This document shows positions 53,045 to 64,000 of a DNA stretch of 64,000 nucleotides, one piece after another. The number at the start of each line of letters is the position of its first letter. Position 1 is the stretch's first letter. The stretch is from NCBI GenBank assembly GCA_030141605.1, contig JAQGDQ010000009.1:558001-622000 (forward strand). The letters run 5' to 3'. This DNA is from Tubiluchus corallicola (Eukaryota > Animalia > Priapulida). The notes beneath the pieces were generated by a model. That model saw only the letters and a program-made list of their open reading frames with translations, was not told the DNA's origin and ran no database searches. The position numbers and the translations under genes were made by a program.

Positions 53045-54400
53045 ATGGAATCGCTTACCTTTTTAAAATGTGTTGATTGTGCGTGCATGTTTCTGTCTGA
53101 TGAATTATTCGTAAAGCATGTTAGGTCTGCCCACTGTGCAGAGGCATTCATTGTCAACTCTCAATGTCCTGTGTTGGAGTTAGGGGATGCGAATTTTATT
53201 GCAACAATGCCTGACCGCAAGTGTTTGATGTGCACTGTATGTCATTGTACATTTCCTTCTGAACAATTGTATCTAGAACATGCAAAGAGTACTCACTGTG
53301 CCAATGTTTCTTTTGTGAAATCGCAAATAAAAATTATGAATGCAGCGGAGCAAACCAATTTCCAAAATCCTACTTATTTAAACGAACAGGAAAGTGAGTT
53401 ACAGTCTTTACCTACCAGCAGTTCTAACAGCATTCAGAATAGCAACTGTATGGTGTATGAACCGAGTGAAACACTGAATCTTAATTTTGGTAAACATGAA
53501 CCTGCGGATGAAGAGGCTAGTGATAGCAGCAGTGCTGAAACAAAAAGTTGGGAGTCACGTCCGTTTTTTTGCAGTGTCTGTGGAAAAACATTTCGTAGAA
53601 AATATCACGTAAAGCGTCATATACTGAAACATGTAGCTGAACATAAGGTCTCCAAAGATGACATAGAAGACTGTGTTAAAGATTTAAATGAAAAGCTTCA
53701 ATATTCCTGCAGCTTTTGTGATAAAAAATTTTCAAGAAAGGAAGTGCAAGAGCGACATACCTTGAGATCTCACACAAAGAAACAAACGGTCTGTCACATT
53801 TGCCACAAGAAGGTTATTGACATAAAGAAGCACATTCAGCGTATACACGAACAAACTCACTTCTTTATATGTGATGTTTGTGGCAAAAAATGTAAATCTA
53901 AGAATGACATGACTAATCACAGACGAATACATACTGGAGAAACTCCGTATACTTGCAATGTTTGTGACAGAAAATTCAAGTGGCTGTCTGTGCTGAAAAA
54001 ACATCTCTACACTCATTCTGAAGAAAGATTGTTTCTTTGTTCCTTATGTGGAAAAAGTTTTCGGACAAATGATAATCTCCACAGACATAGACTAATACAT
54101 ACTAGCACCAACATGAACTACAAGTGCAATGTGTGCGGTGCGAAGTTTCTACGCAAAGCACAGTTAGTTGCGCACAGTAAGTCTCATGGTGGAAATAAAC
54201 CTCACAAGTGTGTGATATGTGGTCATGCTTTCTTGCTAAAAGTCAATTTGAAAACTCACCTAAGGACTCACACAGGTGAGAAGCCTTATAAATGTGATAA
54301 GTGCAAGAAGGCTTTTGCACGGCAACACTCCTACAAACGTCATCAACTGAAAAGTCACACAAAACAAGTTATAAAAGTACAGGCACTTCCAGTTACTTAG
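53045..54400 (+). CDS. C2H2 zinc-finger protein (about 9 C-terminal fingers plus 2 atypical N-terminal fingers), single coding exon
   Basis: Repeated CxxC-x12-HxxxH with TGETPY/TGEKPY linkers. A candidate splice acceptor ttgttag at about 52938 suggests a 5' UTR intron. Confidence 0.93.
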   Translation: MESLTFLKCVDCACMFLSDELFVKHVRSAHCAEAFIVNSQCPVLELGDANFIATMPDRKCLMCTVCHCTFPSEQLYLEHAKSTHCANVSFVKSQIKIMNAAEQTNFQNPTYLNEQESELQSLPTSSSNSIQNSNCMVYEPSETLNLNFGKHEPADEEASDSSSAETKSWESRPFFCSVCGKTFRRKYHVKRHILKHVAEHKVSKDDIEDCVKDLNEKLQYSCSFCDKKFSRKEVQERHTLRSHTKKQTVCHICHKKVIDIKKHIQRIHEQTHFFICDVCGKKCKSKNDMTNHRRIHTGETPYTCNVCDRKFKWLSVLKKHLYTHSEERLFLCSLCGKSFRTNDNLHRHRLIHTSTNMNYKCNVCGAKFLRKAQLVAHSKSHGGNKPHKCVICGHAFLLKVNLKTHLRTHTGEKPYKCDKCKKAFARQHSYKRHQLKSHTKQVIKVQALPVT

Positions 54401-56548
54401 AGTTCACAATCATTTCTCGACTATAATATGCTACAACAAGTGGTTAAGATACTGAACTGACATAGATGGTTCCCTCACCTTGAAAAATAGCTGAAACAAT
54501 ATAAAAAATTTGAAACTTCTCATAAGTATAGTACACAAATTAATTCTTAATCACAGGCAGTGATAATGAGTTAGAAAATGCCATAGTTAAAAAATAATAG
54601 AAAAAAGAATGTTTTAATTGTAAAATTTTTTAATTCGTATTTATTCTCAGAAGTAGTTTTCCCAGCAGTCACCAATCCATTTACTGTTCAGGCTCTGTAT
54701 TGCTAAACTTCATTTGCTAAGTATGCACTGTGATCACTCAACTGAACTACTGCTTAATGATGACATACTTTTTATTTTGCAATTTTGTATTTGGTAACAG
54801 TGTCCTAAAAACTTCTTTTTTCACTCTTACATTTTGTAAAAAAAAATCTAAAAATCATGTTGAACTTTCTATTTAATTTTTCATTTATATATTCACAGCT
54901 TAGTTTTTTAACTCAGTATTTTTATTTGTGCAATTTGATGATTTTTTAAATTATCGCTGTTTATACTTAACCTACAATGCCTCAGAACTGAAAAATGCTG
55001 GGTGTTATTTGAAATTTAGTGGCAATAATTAACAAAAAACACATGACAGTGCTTCATGATAACTTACTGCTCTCGCCAATTTAGTTCTATTGATTTGTCA
55101 TTCTGTGTTCTATTTTGTTAAATGTACTGAACAGTTTTTGTGGATGTTATAAGTGACGTTATATTGTCTGTTTGCATTTCTCGGTGTTTGAGTTTTGCAC
55201 TATACGCTCGCATTATAAAATTTCCTGGACAAAGTACATAATTATAAGCTGGTTTATAATGTAATCTGCTCATTCTACTGATAAACAAATGCAGAGTTTT
55301 AGTACAACATGTTGGCAAACCGATTACTGTGCTAGCTTATAGGAGTAGAAGTAGCAATTAGCCTTCAGTCTGCTGAGCTCGATACATTTATATTGCCCAA
55401 TGTAATGCTACACTTTAGATTAGACAAAGGGTCCTGTTAAGGTTCAAACTAGGAACAGTGTCATGTTTTCTCTTGTCTGCTTCTTTTTCCCCCACATTTG
55501 CATCAAAATGTTCGTACGGCAGTTTACATGAGCCACATGCCTGTTTTCTTTATGGAAGATTGTGACTTCAATTCGACAGGGAGTCATACTAAAGACTTGA
55601 AAATGGTGTCGCTGGTTCTTTGACCAAGCATTTGGATTAATTGAAATACCATACAGGTAATAATAATCATGTTATGTAGATTGTAGTTTTTTATCCCCAA
55701 CGTAGACATGAAACTTTTGAGCTTATGATAGGTTTTGATTTCTACGATGACTTTAAATATAGATTATTATCATTCACTTTTAAATTGTCACTGCTCTGTC
55801 AGCATTTCAAAGCTCTGTTTCTTTTGATACTGAAAAATTCTACTACTTAGCTGCTCTATATAGTATATTTTCTTCAAAACCAAGTAACCTTAAAATGAAC
55901 CACTTACTATTTTCTGCAAGTGTTGTTTTGCTTGTCCAAATCACAGGCTTAAGTAGAAATAAATTATCTTATGAATGGGCTCGACAATTTCTTTCATTTA
56001 CTGATGCAGAGAATGCGTTGCGTCTATGTACACAAATAAAAATTTTTGTGTGGTATAATAAAAAAAGAAATGCTAATGTGTTACGCTAAATTATTATTAA
56101 ATGATTAGCCATTTGCCGACCGTAATGGTCTTGGCTCACGCATTGCATAATTTTCGTCCATTAAATTTGAAAAAGATACGCAAGAAATTCTGTTAAATTG
56201 AATAAGTGGCGCTAAGCATAACCACACGCAAAGATCTTTCGCCTTGCAATTTGCCAGCGTTGGCCTTTTGGAAAGTTGTTCTTTAATGACGTTTATATCT
56301 TCTTTTTTGTCAAGAAAGAAATACCACCAGCGTATTGCACATTAATGATGGCAAGTGGCTCTTTCATTATCTAGTAGTTATGTTCTTTTAGATGTTCAGA
56401 TGGTATAATACCTGGATAGGGCACTAGGCTACAACGTAGCGAGCCTATTGCCTTTGGTAAATAGGTCACTGGCTTCTCCACGACCGCATTAAAAATGAAT
56501 TATCGTTGTATGTATACTATATTGCCTTACCAATGTAAAAACGACGTA

Positions 56549-56642
56549 CACTCTTATCTCGGTTTGCTGGACCTGGCTTTTAAGGATATCGGAAAAATTG
56601 GACAAAATCTGGACCGTTAAAAGCCCCGCATACTGCGGACAT
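56549..56642. mobile_element. Second copy (terminal part) of the CAC-ended element at 41074
   Basis: cactcttatctcggtttgctggacctggcttttaaggatatcggaaaaattggacaaaatctggac matches the reverse complement of about 41400-41495. Confidence 0.65.
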
Positions 56643-57476
56643 GGTTGTCATACCATAATTATCAGAACATACGTTCATACCTTACAAAAAAGATATTATG
56701 CTATAATGGATAATTATTCAATATTGACTTTTGAAACCTATATCTAGAAACTGAAATCTCACCCTATCTGCATTAGAACATGCAATATAGCTAAGTAATG
56801 TTTTATACAAGTGACTGCTGCCATGTTAGCGGCCATCTTGAAATCCTACATAAGGTGATGTCATAGGTGTTTTCAAGCGTCATATGTGGATTCACGTTAA
56901 ACATAATCACCTAATCACCTTTTTTGCTAATCTGATAGCTAAAATGTGGCCTGTATAAGCTAGTGACAGTCGTCTTGTCGAACCACATTGGATGATTTTC
57001 GTTTGGCCTATGTCCGAAATTAATCAGCTTGATAAATTTTAGCAATTTCTGCTTTTAAGGCAGAGAGTGATTCTGGAAATTTTATGTATTATTCTGCTAC
57101 CTTATTGATTCTGAATGTACTAGTAAATATTAGGTCCAAATATGTACCAGTTTGGTGACTTTTGCACAGGAGAAAGTGAGCACAACAGGAGAAATATTGA
57201 TGAGGGAGGTTCACTGAACATTTTGGAATATGTCTCACATTTTTGCAAGGTGGGTTGATTAAATGTCAAAATTTGCTGACAAATCTGCTTGCTTATGACT
57301 GACAGCATAATCTGTTAATTGGTAGATGAGATCAATAAATGATTTTTACCATTTTCTTTTATGTTTTCCAGAATTTCAGAATTTGCAGTTAAATTCACAT
57401 TTGATTGACACAGTTCAACATTCGTGTATAGCAGATGAAAACGCTAAAACGCAAGTTGCGCTTCGGACATTAAGTT

Positions 57477-58490
57477 ATGCCACGGTTTGTGTTTCTAAAA
57501 TGCACAGCTTGTGCTACGTTATTTTTGACGGAAGACTTGTTTTCAAAACATGCCAGATCTCAGCACTGTGTTGAGGTGGTTTTTGTTGAACCAGAGAAAG
57601 ATGAGAAAGAAGAGCATGTAGAGCTCCTCAATTCTGTAGTTCCTGAAACTAGTGTAAGTGATACTGAGAAAACGGTGAACATCAGTCATATTATATTTGT
57701 TGGGGATGACTCAAATGAGTGCCAAAACGAGAGTACATGTAGTCATGAAAACGAATTTAGCAATTCAGAAAATTTTAAAGAAACAAGTAAGAGTGAAACG
57801 AATAGCCTTATGGCTAGCCCGTTGAAGGACCAAGTAAAATTGGTGCAGAGGACTAGAAACAAAACCAAAAAAGGGAAAAGATTAAAGACTCTGGAAAGCC
57901 AGTGTATGGAAAACACATTTGACTGTGATGTTTGTGCCAAAAAATTTAGTTTAAAAGAGAATCTGAAACGACATGTGCAGACTCACACTGGTGAGGCTCC
58001 ATATGCTTGCGACATTTGTGACAAAAGATTCAAACAGAAAGCTCAGAGAACTACACATCGATACACACACTTTGAAGAAAGGGCATTCCTGTGCTCAGCG
58101 TGTGGAAAGGGCTTCCGTACTGCTCAAGGGCTTCATAGACACGGTTTCACTCATCTAACAGATAAGAACTTCCGGTGCAAAACGTGCGGTGCCAAATTCC
58201 GTTACAAGGAGTTATTAGTTGTTCACGAAAAAACTCACAGCTCAATCAAACCTTTTGCGTGCAGCATGTGCGATCGTGCATTTGCCCAAAGAATAAATCT
58301 GCAGACACATTTGCGCACACATACAGGAGAAAAACCTTACGTTTGTTGTGTGAATAACTGTGGCAAAGCTTTTAGCAGGCAACAGTCTTATAAAGCTCAC
58401 CATTCTCGTGCTCATGGACCGCATGTTACTACATGGGAAGCTCAGACGGGTTACCGTAACAAGTGCGAATATGAACCAACAGTCTTATAA
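57477..58490 (+). CDS. C2H2 zinc-finger protein (6 C-terminal fingers plus 1 atypical N-terminal finger), paralogue of 53045..54400
   Basis: TGEAPY/TGEKPY linkers. The finger series is colinear with the neighbour (EER.FLCS.CGK.FRT, CGAKF, NL.THLRTHTGEKPY, FARQHSYK/FSRQQSYK). Confidence 0.93.
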   Translation: MPRFVFLKCTACATLFLTEDLFSKHARSQHCVEVVFVEPEKDEKEEHVELLNSVVPETSVSDTEKTVNISHIIFVGDDSNECQNESTCSHENEFSNSENFKETSKSETNSLMASPLKDQVKLVQRTRNKTKKGKRLKTLESQCMENTFDCDVCAKKFSLKENLKRHVQTHTGEAPYACDICDKRFKQKAQRTTHRYTHFEERAFLCSACGKGFRTAQGLHRHGFTHLTDKNFRCKTCGAKFRYKELLVVHEKTHSSIKPFACSMCDRAFAQRINLQTHLRTHTGEKPYVCCVNNCGKAFSRQQSYKAHHSRAHGPHVTTWEAQTGYRNKCEYEPTVL

Positions 58491-59285
58491 ATCTCACCAT
58501 TCTTATGTTCATAGACTGCATGTTACTACATGAGAAATTCAGACAGGCTATCACGCTTACAAATATGAAGCAACAGCCTTATAAAGGCCACCATGCTAGT
58601 GCTCATGGACTGCATGGTACTACATGGGCTAGATGGGCTACCACGACAAGTGCAAATATTAAACAACAGCCTTACAAAGGTTACCATTTACATATTCATG
58701 GTAAGGGTGTAAGGGTGAGCATTCTTTGTCAGAAAGCGAATTTGAATCAAATCAAATTTTTGACTTTCGAGATTTCGAATCCGAATCGAATTATAATTCA
58801 GTTTTAAAGATTTTTGAATCATTAATGAAGAACAGTCTTGCAAAGATCATGCATATTGCTTGAAATTGTTCTAAAGTAGAAACATCAATAATCTGTTTAA
58901 AAATTGTGCACAGGACTTGCAGCTAAAATGTGCTAATTGCACGATGTTTCAAATGTTATAATCATAAAAAACTTCTGTAGTTGAAGTTGTGAATTATTCA
59001 AATCCATAATTTTAGGTTCAAATCGAATTCAAATTAAAAAAATTGGTTTGAATCAAATTCGAACGTCTGAATTCACTTTGAACATTCAATGCTCACCACT
59101 AGTTCATGGACTGTGTGCTACTTCATGAGAAGCTCAGACGGACTATCACATAAAGCAACAGTCTTATAAAGGCTACTATGCTAGTGCTCATGGACCGCAT
59201 GTTACTACATTGGAAACTGATGGTTTACTAGTGTGAATATGATGCGACAGTATTATAAAACTTCCTGATGTGATACTCATGGACG
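58380..59285 (+). repeat. About 6 diverged ~93-97-bp tandem copies of the zinc-finger gene's 3' end
   Basis: Units begin caacagtc/ccttataaa at about 58380, 58477, 58571, 58664, 59156 and 59246. Most contain a variant of ctcatggac.gcatgttactacat. Confidence 0.8.
58702..59101. mobile_element. hAT-like MITE inserted in tandem unit 4
   Basis: TIRs taagggtgagcatt and aatgctcaccacta. cgaat subterminal repeats. 8-bp TSD attcatgg/gttcatgg. Confidence 0.75.
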
Positions 59286-61117
59286 AAACTATGCTGACAA
59301 GTGGGTAGATTTGCCTGTCTGTAAAATTGCTCACCCATTTGTAAATCAGGATGAAATATTTTTTTTGTGAAATGTAAATTATTAAACATAAATGAAATTA
59401 AGAACCTTCCTTAAAAATGAGTACAGAAATACCATTTTATGTTAACTACTTAGCAAGCAGGCAGCAGAAATTTGCAAAAAAAAATTAATCTCGCAAAGTT
59501 TTAGGAATGCAATATTACAAACCTTTAATAATTTCATAAAGTAAAAAATACTATAGTAGTGGTATTATTGCCTCCAATTCATTGGTCACAACTTATAAGT
59601 ATCCATTGCATTGTGTACTGTTATCTGTATAAGCATTTTTATAAAGCAATCAATGTCTTTATTCTCAAATATATGTACTGTGTACAATTACTTGCAAAAG
59701 TACTGACAAACTTCCTGAGTTGTTTGACTTTCTATCGTTCCAGTTAGTAATTTACATACTGTCTGTGAGATGCATCTAGTACTACTTATTTTGTCAGCAT
59801 GACATTACTAATGTCAAACTGTGGGTCAGGTTTTTTAGAGACATTAATTTTGGGAAACAAAAGCACATTGGTAAGGTTAATGACAAGACATTAAAATAAA
59901 TGTGATCCTATGAGCACTTAAAATCTTCATTGGAAGGCACATTCTGATGGTGCATTTTTATTTGTTCATAATTACTAAACAGCACACACAAATGTGGCAA
60001 AGCTTCTAAAGTTTAAAAGTTTGTAGAATTTCAATGGAATATTCTAAAACTTTGAATAATTATAAATGATCACAACTGTTTGTTAAATATAAACTTAATT
60101 ATAGTGTTGCATATAATGACACCCAATTATATAAAAAAATGATACCTACTAGTGTGCCATAAAATTTATGAATTAATCTATATAAACGGTGATAAATTGT
60201 GGACAATTGAAACTATTGTCATGCAGAAACAAGCAACTTGTTGCTGAAAGGTAATGAACACATTCATATTAACAAATTTGCATTGGTATTTCAACATGCT
60301 GCTCCTTTTGTACCAGTTTCTTTTTTTTTAACTTATTTTTTATGCAGTTATGTTAATTTTCCCACAACATGACAATTATATTACAGGAATATTACAATTG
60401 TGACACACTTGCACCATAAGAGTGAAAAATGGATCACAAAGACATGTACTTGTTACTGGTCTGCTCCAATTTGTGTAGTATCAAATAAAAGATGTGGTGA
60501 GTTGAATTGAGAAGCCATAAAATCAAAGTCTTTGAAGGTCAAAAGCTAAAAAATATAATAAATACTAAACAAATGGCACCAGTACAATACAATAAGTTTG
60601 ATACATACTTTCAATCTATACAGCATGTACTAAAGCATTTGAGATGTGCTGCTAAATGTTTAACATGCCTTTCAGATTTATTGGTTGTAATTTGTAACAT
60701 GTCATTAACACAGGGCTCAGAGCAAGTGTGTGCCACTTAAAGAACCAGCAACAGCCCACCATGTGAAGCAATATGCAAGACTGAAAGCCACAAACAACTG
60801 TGTTGGTAATAGCCTGACAATTAATGTCAACTTAAACAAGTTCGAAACAGCACACGTCTAACCTGAGCAATTATGTAAAATAATTAGATCAATTAACAGT
60901 AACAAAGTGAGAGGCTTCTGAGAAACTTGCATAAATGGCAGGAACTGGTCAAGTTTACACTAGCTTTGGTTCTTCTGTCTTTCACCGGTGAAATAAAACC
61001 TGTACCAACCATATATCCTGCCCTTCCTATAAGCAACCTCTCAAATAGCTAAAAGAAAACAGAACTAAAAGTGTGATTTTGTATGCACACCCATGGCAAC
61101 TGTAACAAGTGATGTGA

Positions 61118-63582
<2,465 letters not shown>

Positions 63583-64000
63583 CTACAATAAGAGTTTTAA
63601 ACAGCATTAAATTGCTTAAAAATTGAATAGCATGAGTTTAACCTCTCCGCATGATTGTTCTTTTAGAAAACAGTTTTGTATGAGCAATATGCAAAGAAAC
63701 CCACATTGTAATATAGCTAAATGTTTTCAAAGAGGATAGAGGATTTTCACATGGCACTGAATATTTACCATTACGTTATGACATACGCAAAATCGAAATT
63801 ATTACAATAAATGTGAAAATCTCGTGCCTGTGAAATATAGCACATTTAGCTGACTGGTTATACGAGAGTTACATAGAACTACAGACATTAGGGACACCTT
63901 ACAGGCCAATGCTCCATTCCAACAATAAGAGCAGGTGAAAGTAAGCTTAAGTTAGCAAGTTTCTGCCTTTTTAATTACAATAGTTGCGAAGCAAAAATAC

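Noticed and set aside
58505-58807. 100-aa ORF after the second zinc-finger gene
   Set aside because: It is composed of degenerate tandem copies and MITE sequence, and is not an independent gene.

Overview
AT-rich, intron-rich eukaryotic (invertebrate-like animal) genomic DNA, not prokaryotic. About 70% of the window is one 47-coding-exon gene on the + strand for the SSU processome HEAT-repeat protein UTP20 (2453..45001). One of its introns has a GC donor, and the introns hold many MITEs, microsatellites and a 41-bp minisatellite. Downstream are an intronless CCDC93 (- strand), two intronless C2H2 zinc-finger paralogues (+) and the last four exons of ATE1 (-). The main finding is absent from the ORF track: a two-exon, 74-aa single-pass microprotein (49499..48924, -) resembling the human MKKS uORF mitochondrial microprotein uMKKS1. 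Its stop codon lies directly on a splice donor that appears to join the leader exon of CCDC93, suggesting a bicistronic microprotein-CCDC93 unit. Homology calls rest on recalled sequences and need database confirmation.
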